DNA from: an uncultured Prochlorococcus sp.
GTDB taxonomy: Bacteria > Cyanobacteriota > Cyanobacteriia > PCC-6307 > Cyanobiaceae
DNA: 64,000 nt
Reading direction: 5' to 3'
Assembly (NCBI GenBank): GCA_902536555.1
Contig: CACAXR010000003.1
Location: forward strand, 7,365 to 71,364
A program made the translations under genes and the position numbers. The notes under the pieces were generated by a model, which worked only from the letters and a program-made list of their open reading frames with translations, did no database searches and was not told the DNA's origin. How positions within the stretch are numbered: position 1 is the stretch's first letter; each line of letters starts with the position of its first letter. Shown here in pieces: positions 9,302 to 16,478 of this stretch.

Positions 9302-9314
9302 CTAAGATTTTTAA

Positions 9315-9375
9315 AAGGCTGGGTGATGGGGATTATCCCGCTTTTTGATTTGGGCGAAGCAAACGCCCTTTTTTT
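9315..9375 (+). ncRNA. Putative sRNA or attenuator leader carrying GGUGAUGGGGA, with terminator
   Basis: Hairpin GGGUGAU-[GGGG]-AUUAUCC, then GGGCG-N7-CGCCC-U7 directly abutting the ATG at 9376; extended -10 just upstream. Confidence 0.5.
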
Positions 9376-9639
9376 ATGGAAAAATTTACTTTAATCAATA
9401 ATGCCAGATCGAGGATTAAAGGATTTGAACCTTTTGAAGATAGTTCTAAGAACCCTTCTATGATTAATGCAATTTTAATCTCTTATGGTTGCGTTTTTAA
9501 GCGGTCAAGTAAGCCAGTTATGAAAGGCTCTAGGATTGAATCTATCGAAGAAGCGAGAAACGAATATAAAAAACTTTTAGAGGAAGGGTGGAAAAAAACT
9601 TATAGATTCAATAGTTTTTTAAAAAAAAATGGCGAATAG
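9376..9639 (+). CDS. DUF1651-like protein
   Basis: TLIN..RSRIK.F N-terminus and EEARNEYKKLLEEGWKK C-terminal signature. Confidence 0.65.
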   Translation: MEKFTLINNARSRIKGFEPFEDSSKNPSMINAILISYGCVFKRSSKPVMKGSRIESIEEARNEYKKLLEEGWKKTYRFNSFLKKNGE

Positions 9640-9708
9640 GTACTTTATCTGAAATTTGACATTATTAAAAATTTATTGCTAGATATGCTTCAGAATTTAA
9701 GATTGAAC

Positions 9709-9876
9709 ATGAAAAATTACATTTATTCAAATATTAAAGATTCAGATGCTTTGGAAAGTTTTTTTGAATGTATAACTTCTTGTAGCATCAATAGTGAGGG
9801 AGTAGATTGCACAACAGCATGTTATGTAAAACATTTAGAACCAAACAATATCGATTATCCTTTAAAATTTTCATAA
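9709..9876 (+). CDS. Small Cys-rich protein (CxxxC-x8-CxxxC)
   Basis: ESFFECITSCSINSEGVDCTTACY; ATG at 9709 preferred. Confidence 0.65.
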   Translation: MKNYIYSNIKDSDALESFFECITSCSINSEGVDCTTACYVKHLEPNNIDYPLKFS

Positions 9877-9909
9877 GCAAAGCATATTGATAATGGTTAT
9901 ATTTTATTG

Positions 9910-10023
9910 ATGTTATTCCCACTTCCTCAAGTTATTTTTGGTCTATTGCTTTTATCTATAGCAGTAGTTCTAATCTGGGATATTAGATACGATCCTATTG
10001 GAGAAGACGAAGACGGAATTTAA
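9910..10023 (+). CDS. 37-aa single-TM microprotein with acidic tail
   Basis: Read manually: MLFPLPQVIFGLLLLSIAVVLIWDIRYDPIGEDEDGI*. Confidence 0.55.
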   Translation: MLFPLPQVIFGLLLLSIAVVLIWDIRYDPIGEDEDGI

Positions 10024-10026
10024 TCT

Positions 10027-10143
10027 TCAACTAGGAAGCTGATTTGTAGGCGGTGCATGAAATTGCCGTTTCTTTCTTTTGAGTCTTTTGTAAGCTACTA
10101 AAAAGCCTAACAATAACAATGTAATAGCTATTGAGTTAATCAT
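10027..10143 (-). CDS. 38-aa single-TM microprotein with basic tail
   Basis: Read manually: MINSIAITLLLLGFLVAYKRLKRKKRQFHAPPTNQLPS*. Confidence 0.5.
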   Translation of the reverse strand: MINSIAITLLLLGFLVAYKRLKRKKRQFHAPPTNQLPS

Positions 10144-10321
10144 ATCGGGTAGTTTTATATATATAAAAACAAATATTTTCTAAATATCAATGACTAAAGT
10201 TATTTTTTCAAAAAGTTATTAATTATGGACTAATTTTGAATATATAGCTTTTTCATTAGGTACCTAAAACAACCACAAGACAATGCTTATCTAACCAAAA
10301 GTAATTGCTATGCAATAAGAA

Positions 10322-10426
10322 TCACTTTTTCTTATTTCTCATTTGATATTGCAGAACAGCTTTTAAATGTTGTACTTCTTTTTCTAAAGTCTCAATTCTT
10401 TTTTCTAGTTCTTCATTAGTTGCCAT
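10322..10426 (-). CDS. 34-aa coiled-coil microprotein
   Basis: Read manually: MATNEELEKRIETLEKEVQHLKAVLQYQMRNKKK*; Leu heptad at L7, L14, L21. Confidence 0.55.
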   Translation of the reverse strand: MATNEELEKRIETLEKEVQHLKAVLQYQMRNKKK

Positions 10427-10571
10427 ATTTTTTAGAGATAAATTCCTTGATACATATACTATTTAAAAAGCGACTTGTTACTCATGGCAAATTATAAATA
10501 AGTATTAGAGCCTATTGATTGGCATAATCTACCTAGATAAATTATGAAATGTATAAATTTAGGGGGAATTT

Positions 10572-10715
10572 ATGAGTGGAGATTATGAGACATTAGACAT
10601 AAATCAACCTAATATTACATATTTTCAGAAAAGATCAGAAAACAATACAGAATGGTTAGATGAATTAATCAACAAAATTGAAGATATGAAAAACAATATA
10701 TCAAAATCTGCCTAA
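10572..10715 (+). CDS. 47-aa hypothetical microprotein
   Basis: MSGDYETLDINQPNITYFQKRSENNTEWLDELINKIEDMKNNISKSA*; AGGGGG SD; TAATG overlap with the next ORF. Confidence 0.65.
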   Translation: MSGDYETLDINQPNITYFQKRSENNTEWLDELINKIEDMKNNISKSA

Positions 10716-10831
10716 TGACAGAAAAAGAGTTGAAGGAATTAGAGAAATTTGCAAAAGAAAATGGATACAATGACGAGCTAAAAGATATATATTTAAGGGA
10801 AGTTATTGACAGCAAAAAAGAATACGAATGA
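10715..10831 (+). CDS. 38-aa hypothetical microprotein
   Basis: MTEKELKELEKFAKENGYNDELKDIYLREVIDSKKEYE*; coupled on both sides (TAATG, ATGA). Confidence 0.6.
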   Translation: MTEKELKELEKFAKENGYNDELKDIYLREVIDSKKEYE

Positions 10832-11058
10832 GATCAAATTTTCGACCAAATATTCGACTAGCTACAAACATCATATTAGTTCTTGGTACTTTTGCTATTG
10901 CTTTAAAGATTGCTCCAATAGCAGTGGTATATCAGGAAAAAAATTTATGTATTAAATATTTAAAACATCAAATAGATCGAGACAAACTTATCAAAAGACT
11001 AAAAATAGTTAAACAAGCAAATCCATCTAGTATTTGTGACTCTATCCTTAAGAGTTAA
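10828..11058 (+). CDS. Hypothetical membrane-anchored protein
   Basis: N-terminal hydrophobic segment, two Cys; ATGA overlap with the upstream ORF. Confidence 0.65.
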   Translation: MRSNFRPNIRLATNIILVLGTFAIALKIAPIAVVYQEKNLCIKYLKHQIDRDKLIKRLKIVKQANPSSICDSILKS

Positions 11059-11060
11059 AA

Positions 11061-11513
11061 ATGAAGATTAAGTCATTTACCCCCTTAATTGCAGTCTTTG
11101 GCACTTCATTTCTGATAACCATTTCATTGTTTAAAAGTTTCCAAATTTTTATGGGGATATCAATTTGTTTTTTAGCGATGCTTAAACTTATGGATATTGA
11201 AGCTTTTGGAAAAAGTTATAAGAAATATGATTTAATATCCTCTCAATTTGATAGCTGGATATATATTTATCCTTTTTTTGAATTAATAATTGGAATAAGT
11301 TTTCTGAATTCTTCACCACCTTCTCTAATTATTTTTATTGCTCTAGTTTTAGGAATTTCTGGAATGATTTCAGTATTTAAGGCCGTTTATTTGGATAAAT
11401 TAAAATTAAATTGTGCATGTATCGGTGGATATGCAAAAACTCCTTTGGGTATTATTAGTTTTATCGAAAATCTTTTAATGGCAATTATGAGTGTCTTGAT
11501 TTTGATTAAATAG
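11061..11513 (+). CDS. MauE/DoxX-family redox-associated membrane protein
   Basis: LKLMD..AF...Y..YDLI, YPFFEL, LNCACIGG...PLG.ISFIEN motifs. Confidence 0.8.
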   Translation: MKIKSFTPLIAVFGTSFLITISLFKSFQIFMGISICFLAMLKLMDIEAFGKSYKKYDLISSQFDSWIYIYPFFELIIGISFLNSSPPSLIIFIALVLGISGMISVFKAVYLDKLKLNCACIGGYAKTPLGIISFIENLLMAIMSVLILIK

Positions 11514-11574
11514 CACTTTAATAAATTTTCATTTATTGTTGATTTAAATATTAAATTTAATCGTCTTAATTAGT

Positions 11575-12093
11575 ATGGCAATTAATAAAGTATTTTTTAA
11601 AACCAGATTTTTAAAATATCTAATTTCTTCTGGAATGCTTTTTTCAAATACAACTAACATTCATAGGATTAGTGCAGGAACGCAAGAAAATATAGATATC
11701 CCAAAAGTTGTTTCTTACAGATCAGCATCATGTGGTTGTTGCAAAAAATGGATCAATCATTTAAGAGATAATGGATTAGAAGTTGTTGATAATATAGTTG
11801 AAGATGTTTCAGTAATTAAAAACCAATATCAAATTCCCAATAATCTGAGATCATGTCACTCTGCTCAAGTAGCTAACTATACTATTGAAGGACATGTCCC
11901 GATTAAATCAATCAACAAACTTTTTAGAAAAAAACCAAATATCAATGGGATAGCAGTTCCGGGCATGCCACTTGGCTCTCCAGGGATGGAAATGCATTCG
12001 CACGAATCGCACTCTCATGATTATGAGAGATACAAAGTAGTTTCATTTAGTAAAACTGGCAAAACAAAAATATTTGATAAAATCTCTCCTTAA
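11575..12093 (+). CDS. DUF411 (CopG-like) metal-binding protein with His-rich tail
   Basis: SCGCCKKW, RSCHSA, IEGHVP, AVPGMPLGSPGME, then HSHESHSH. Confidence 0.85.
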   Translation: MAINKVFFKTRFLKYLISSGMLFSNTTNIHRISAGTQENIDIPKVVSYRSASCGCCKKWINHLRDNGLEVVDNIVEDVSVIKNQYQIPNNLRSCHSAQVANYTIEGHVPIKSINKLFRKKPNINGIAVPGMPLGSPGMEMHSHESHSHDYERYKVVSFSKTGKTKIFDKISP

Positions 12094-12114
12094 TGCAAAT
12101 ACTTATTTGAAATA

Positions 12115-12336
12115 ATGCATATTTTTCTTAGAAATTTTAAATTTTTTATTTTTTTATTTTCCTTATCTCTAAATTTCAATAGTTATTCGCATGCACATAT
12201 GAGAGGTACATTTCTTTCTGAAGAGGACGCCGAAAATAGATCTTTAGAACTTGGTTGCGAAGGAATTCATAAGAATCAAGATAAATGGATGCCATGCAAA
12301 AACGAAAAAGAATTACATATCTATTTGAGGAAATAG
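12115..12336 (+). CDS. DUF3721-like exported small protein
   Basis: Signal-like N-terminus; AENRSLELGCEGIHKNQDKWMPCKNE. Confidence 0.7.
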   Translation: MHIFLRNFKFFIFLFSLSLNFNSYSHAHMRGTFLSEEDAENRSLELGCEGIHKNQDKWMPCKNEKELHIYLRK

Positions 12337-12597
12337 ATGGAAAAATTAAAAACAAATCAAAGAAAAATTCACAGAAAAATAACCGCAGTTTCAGCAATCC
12401 CATTACTAATTACTATTGTATCTGGGACTATTTATAGTATTCTTCAGCCACTAGGAATAGATGCTTTTTGGTTAATAAAATGGCATACAGGTGATTTTGG
12501 CATTATTAATTTGCAACCTTTTTACACGATATTTCTAGGTATAGCTTCAATAATCTCAATAATATCTGGCGTTAAACTATTACAAAAAAAATCTTAG
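12337..12597 (+). CDS. PepSY-associated TM-helix membrane protein
   Basis: RKIHRKI...PLLITIVSG...LIKWHTG two-His pattern. Confidence 0.7.
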   Translation: MEKLKTNQRKIHRKITAVSAIPLLITIVSGTIYSILQPLGIDAFWLIKWHTGDFGIINLQPFYTIFLGIASIISIISGVKLLQKKS

Positions 12598-12624
12598 ATG
12601 TATTCTAAGCCAAGGAAAATCTAA

Positions 12625-12825
12625 TTAATTAATCCTATTAGCGCCCCCACTTACTAAGAAAACTATCGCTCCTAGTGCCATTGTTGCTACACCCATATAA
12701 GGGTATTTCTTAATTCTTGATTTAGTAATTGGAAGCCATGATAGGTATCTATCAGATTTATTTAATTCAATTTTTTTTTGTCTAGGTGGTAATCCTAATT
12801 CTTCTCTTCTTTTAGCTTCGCCCAT
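12625..12825 (-). CDS. DUF2839 family protein
   Basis: MGEAKRREELGLPPR N-terminus, C-terminal TM. Confidence 0.8.
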   Translation of the reverse strand: MGEAKRREELGLPPRQKKIELNKSDRYLSWLPITKSRIKKYPYMGVATMALGAIVFLVSGGANRIN

Positions 12826-12931
12826 AATCTTAAATTTGTTTATATATCAATACTAAAAATTATGTTCTACACCTGCGAGTAAACCTTATTTAAAACAGAG
12901 GTCCTTAATAGATAAACAAATTATTAAAAAT

Positions 12932-13078
12932 TTATTTAACCTTCTTTAAATATAGATTCTTTGTATTTGCCTGATCTGATGTAAATAACAAAACTAATAT
13001 AGTTCCAACTAGAAATGAAAAAATCATTGTCAAACCAACAACTTCAACCATTTCACTAGGCAGATAATTTAGAAACAT
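12932..13078 (-). CDS. 48-aa single-TM microprotein
   Basis: Read manually: MFLNYLPSEMVEVVGLTMIFSFLVGTILVLLFTSDQANTKNLYLKKVK*. Confidence 0.55.
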   Translation of the reverse strand: MFLNYLPSEMVEVVGLTMIFSFLVGTILVLLFTSDQANTKNLYLKKVK

Positions 13079-13116
13079 AATCAATAGATATCTTATTTTA
13101 AACTTAGCAATTGTAT

Positions 13117-13142
13117 TTTTTATGTAAAGTTTTTATGTAAAG
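13117..13142. repeat. 13-bp direct repeat x2 (TTTTTATGTAAAG)
   Basis: Two exact adjacent copies upstream of the 12932-13078 ORF. Confidence 0.8.
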
Positions 13143-13245
13143 TAAGTATTCCTCCTTAAATTTCATAAAGAACTTTTTAAGACTTTTTAATCTTTATTTA
13201 TTTTTATTTGCGTGATAAATCTAGTTCTAGCCGATTACAATTTTA

Positions 13246-13536
13246 TTACTTAGCTATTCCTATTTTCTTAAGTAATTTCAGGTAAGGCAAGGCCCAATTA
13301 CCAAAGGTAAAAGAGATTGTCGTATTTTTTGTAGTTGGTAATAATGTTTTAGAACCTTTAGAGGCTAATTTAGAAAATATCTTAATAGTCTCTGCTTCTA
13401 GATTATCCATATACAATTTTTTTTGAAGACCTCGATCTTTCTTTTGGGGCAAATAATTTTCTATAAACCATAAAACTTGATCTAAATTTGATTTATTGGG
13501 TGAGGTTTTAATTTGTTTATTTTTCTCTTTAAACAT
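13246..13536 (-). CDS. Hypothetical protein (96 aa)
   Basis: ATG ORF, no recognised motif. Confidence 0.55.
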   Translation of the reverse strand: MFKEKNKQIKTSPNKSNLDQVLWFIENYLPQKKDRGLQKKLYMDNLEAETIKIFSKLASKGSKTLLPTTKNTTISFTFGNWALPYLKLLKKIGIAK

Positions 13537-13674
13537 ATTTATTTACCACTTAATTACTGAATTAAATTTGCCATTTATATAATTTTAATCAATAGTAAAA
13601 GTATAGAATTATGTTGTTTTTAATAATCGATAATCGAAAAAATAAATTAATAATTACGTTGTTTTTATAAAAAT

Positions 13675-13704
13675 AAAAAAAAAAGAGGGATAAAACCCCC
13701 TCTT
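13675..13704 (-). terminator. Intrinsic terminator of the riboswitch-controlled gene
   Basis: Minus strand AAGAGGGGG-TTTT-ATCCCTCTT followed by a long T-run. Confidence 0.7.
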
Positions 13705-13728
13705 AATTGATCAGTTTCAAAAAATAAT

Positions 13729-13899
13729 TTAATTCTTTGAGTCTTTCAATTTCATTTCTTTTTGTGTTTTCCTGATTCTTTCCCCAAAGACGGATCTTCT
13801 GTATGGAGTAACTTCTCCACTTTTTGTAGCCAAAAGTTGGGCTTCATGTTGCCTATTGGCTCGTTTGATTTTTTCTCTTATTTGTAAGAGGTTATTCAT
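13729..13899 (-). CDS. 56-aa basic peptide downstream of a glutamine riboswitch (DUF4278/IF-like candidate)
   Basis: MNNLLQIREKIKRANRQHEAQLLATKSGEVTPYRRS...; likely start is the ATG at 13899, 16 nt after the riboswitch. Confidence 0.7.
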   Translation of the reverse strand: MNNLLQIREKIKRANRQHEAQLLATKSGEVTPYRRSVFGERIRKTQKEMKLKDSKN

Positions 13900-13914
13900 G
13901 GTCTTTTTGCAGTT

Positions 13915-13977
13915 AATGAGAATCCCGTTCCCTACTCTCATTTCATGCGTCCAGAGATATAAACTTGGATGAACGTT
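13915..13977 (-). ncRNA. Downstream-peptide type (class II) glutamine riboswitch
   Basis: AACGUUCA-UCCA...UGGA-CGCA...AAUGAGAGU-AGGGAACG-GG-AUUCUCAUU: P1 CGUUC/GAACG, P2 UCCA/UGGA, conserved CGCA, pseudoknot AAUGAGAGU/AUUCUCAUU. Confidence 0.8.
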
Positions 13978-14088
13978 AGTGAACGATAACATCTTTAAAA
14001 AAATTCCGCGAGAGTAATTTTTACCAAATTTTTCTCAAAAAATAAATATTGAATAGATAGTATAAATAAGATTTTAAAATTTCCTAAA

Positions 14089-14397
14089 TTAGGATAAGAA
14101 AATTGTTTGCGACCCATCATTATTATCCAGAATCACTATTTTTTTATTTGGGAATAAGTCTAGTAATATTCTTTTCAAATTTGAATTATCTGAAGGAATT
14201 ATATTACTCATATCTTTTGAATTAATTTTCCAATTTTCATCTACAAATAGTTCTTTATTATCACCTTTTTCATTTTCCAGTGATGTCTTATTTAGAATCT
14301 TAAGTAACAGTTCTGAATCATAATCTTTAAATTCTTTAGAGCCCTCTTTTAAATTTTTAATCATTATTAAGAAATCTAATGTTTCTAAATCTTGCAA
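14089..14397 (-). CDS. Hypothetical protein (possible start ATG 14364)
   Basis: Long ORF in AT-rich DNA, no recognised motif. Confidence 0.5.
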   Translation of the reverse strand: MQDLETLDFLIMIKNLKEGSKEFKDYDSELLLKILNKTSLENEKGDNKELFVDENWKINSKDMSNIIPSDNSNLKRILLDLFPNKKIVILDNNDGSQTIFLS

Positions 14398-14641
14398 AAG
14401 AAATTTGAAGAATACAAGATATTAATTACCTAAAGTTTCTCTTATGATAAAAATCCGGATGCAATTGAAATAATTTTCTTTAGAAAATTTACTTCCAAAA
14501 TAGCTAAAGAATGATATTTAAAAAGATTAATTAATCATTTACACCATTTTTTTACTTGTTAGATTGCAATCAAGGGTTTCAGAAAAGATGCCAAGAGTAA
14601 TTAACAAAAAAATTAGACTTTTAAGATGGTTAAACTCAGGC

Positions 14642-14719
14642 ATGATACTACCATTTATCATTATGGCTGCATCCTCATCAATCATTCTTTATGGTGTTTT
14701 ATTTATCCTAATAAAATAG
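14642..14719 (+). CDS. 25-aa hydrophobic micropeptide
   Basis: MILPFIIMAASSSIILYGVLFILIK*; very short, could be chance. Confidence 0.35.
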   Translation: MILPFIIMAASSSIILYGVLFILIK

Positions 14720-14730
14720 TTTTTTTTAAT

Positions 14731-14865
14731 TTAAGCAGCTAAGTTTTCCTCAGATTTAGTCATAATTATTGCAGCTTTTTTTAATAAACTAACTACTTCT
14801 TTTCTTCCAACTGCATTATCAGCTTGACGCATTATTTCATCATATTTTTTATTAATTTTTTTCAT
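14731..14865 (-). CDS. 44-aa helical microprotein ending in LAA
   Basis: MKKINKKYDEIMRQADNAVGRKEVVSLLKKAAIIMTKSEENLAA*. Confidence 0.65.
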   Translation of the reverse strand: MKKINKKYDEIMRQADNAVGRKEVVSLLKKAAIIMTKSEENLAA

Positions 14866-14894
14866 AAATATTTTTAATTTAATCTAAAATTACA

Positions 14895-14911
14895 ACACCA
14901 TATCATGGTGT
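14895..14911. promoter_or_regulatory. Palindromic operator-like site
   Basis: ACACCAT-ATC-ATGGTGT, a perfect 7-3-7 inverted repeat 30 nt upstream of the ATG at 14865. Confidence 0.5.
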
Positions 14912-15045
14912 CAATTGTAAATAATTCTTATATATTATTTCTTTGATTATTTTTGCACAATAAAAATTGCTCATTTATTATCCTTCAAGTTTTTTAATTG
15001 ATGATGCCAAAAAATAATAAATATCAAAATTAATAATCCTTTTAA

Positions 15046-15261
15046 CTAAGCTATATTGAAGGATTTGAAAACATAAAATAAACCTCCGATTAGGATCAAT
15101 ATTGCTGCTCCATAAAAAAGAAAAGGGATAATTGGATATTTATACAAAGTTGACCTTACTTTTTGTTGTATGGCTTTTTTATCAAGTTGAGGCAATTTTA
15201 TATCCTCAGTTTTTTCTCTAGGAGGAATACCTAAATTTTTTCTTCTCTTTGCCTCTCCCAT
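15046..15261 (-). CDS. DUF2839 family protein (second paralog)
   Basis: MGEAKRRKNLGIPPRE start at 15261, C-terminal TM. Confidence 0.8.
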   Translation of the reverse strand: MGEAKRRKNLGIPPREKTEDIKLPQLDKKAIQQKVRSTLYKYPIIPFLFYGAAILILIGGLFYVFKSFNIA

Positions 15262-15269
15262 AATTAATA

Positions 15270-15494
15270 CTAAGGTATTCCCATACATTTTAAATAATTG
15301 TTATCAGCTAAATCTAAAATTTGATTCCATTCTTCATAAGATGTTTCCAAATTATTTTTAAAATCTTTTTCAAATTTAAGAATACATCTTTTTTCTATAT
15401 TTTCTGGAGAATTATAATTTCTTAAAAAAGAAACACTCAAATACGATAATGATGAAAAAACTATAATTATCTTAGCGATCCTAAAATTATTCAT
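15270..15494 (-). CDS. Hypothetical exported/membrane-anchored protein
   Basis: N-terminal hydrophobic stretch, two Cys; 8 nt upstream of the DUF2839 gene. Confidence 0.6.
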   Translation of the reverse strand: MNNFRIAKIIIVFSSLSYLSVSFLRNYNSPENIEKRCILKFEKDFKNNLETSYEEWNQILDLADNNYLKCMGIP

Positions 15495-15576
15495 AACTTA
15501 GATGATATTGCCTTATAAATAAATAAGGTACTTGTTGGTTTTATAATTAATTTAATCTATTAAAATCAATTATCAA

Positions 15577-15774
15577 ATGATAAATTCAGTGAATCTTAAC
15601 CATTTGCCTATTCAGGATTTGGTTGTTTCAGGGTTAATAATCTTTATAATGTCGACGATTATTGCCAATATTTATGACCCATTATTAGGAATAACTTATG
15701 CATTAGGGAATATACTTACTCTTACTTTTTTGAGCTGGTTATACAAAGAGACTTGGAGTGATCCAAGGAAATAA
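15577..15774 (+). CDS. Small 2-TM membrane protein
   Basis: Two hydrophobic segments. Confidence 0.6.
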   Translation: MINSVNLNHLPIQDLVVSGLIIFIMSTIIANIYDPLLGITYALGNILTLTFLSWLYKETWSDPRK

Positions 15775-15803
15775 ATCTAATTAAGAAAAAAGAAAAATAA
15801 AAA

Positions 15804-15917
15804 CTACTTCTGTATTTTTAATTTTGAAGAATACTTTAAATTAACAATGTAAGTTGCAACAAGAGAAAGTATCAAAAAAAATAATAAGCTTTCCAAGGTA
15901 GATTGGGGCATAACCAT
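15804..15917 (-). CDS. 37-aa single-TM microprotein
   Basis: MVMPQSTLESLLFFLILSLVATYIVNLKYSSKLKIQK*. Confidence 0.45.
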   Translation of the reverse strand: MVMPQSTLESLLFFLILSLVATYIVNLKYSSKLKIQK

Positions 15918-16043
15918 GAGTAGAACTAAAAATGATATATCTTTAAAGAAACGAATTCTGAAAAAAAATCAACCCTTTCATTATTTTTTTCTAAAAATTA
16001 TAAATTTAATTGTCTTATTAAAACTCTGAGATTTAGAATGATT

Positions 16044-16400
16044 TTAATTTGAAAAATATTTTTCTGCCCTCCTAAAGGCTTTTATTGCTCCTTTATAATC
16101 AAGACTTTTTAATTTTTCCTTACTTTTTTGTTCCAGCATTTTTACTATTTCATTTCTCTTTATTTCATCAATTTTAAGCTTATGATCGAATATAAGGTCA
16201 AATTTTGAGGAATACAATCTTGACAATTCTTCTCTATATTTTTCAATAATTTTTTTATCACAAGATTTAGATTTCAATATTGCATTAGCTTTCATTTTGT
16301 CATCTATTGCCCCTTTAAAATTTCCTAGTTTAAATTTCTTTTCACTTGATCTAGTTAGCTTAATAATATTTCCCAATATTAATTCATTAGAATCTTTCAT
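16044..16400 (-). CDS. TPR-like helical repeat protein
   Basis: Internal repeat KFKLGNFKGAIDD / KLKSLDYKGAIKA. Confidence 0.65.
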   Translation of the reverse strand: MKDSNELILGNIIKLTRSSEKKFKLGNFKGAIDDKMKANAILKSKSCDKKIIEKYREELSRLYSSKFDLIFDHKLKIDEIKRNEIVKMLEQKSKEKLKSLDYKGAIKAFRRAEKYFSN

Positions 16401-16478
16401 TCATTTATCTGACCCTAGGTAAATACTATCAGAATAAAGAAAAAACAACTTATTTTTAATACTCAAATAATTAAATAA

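Noticed and set aside
13900-13992. N-terminal 31 codons of the 87-aa ORF call
   Set aside because: They run through the riboswitch aptamer and promoter; the ATG at 13899 is the plausible start
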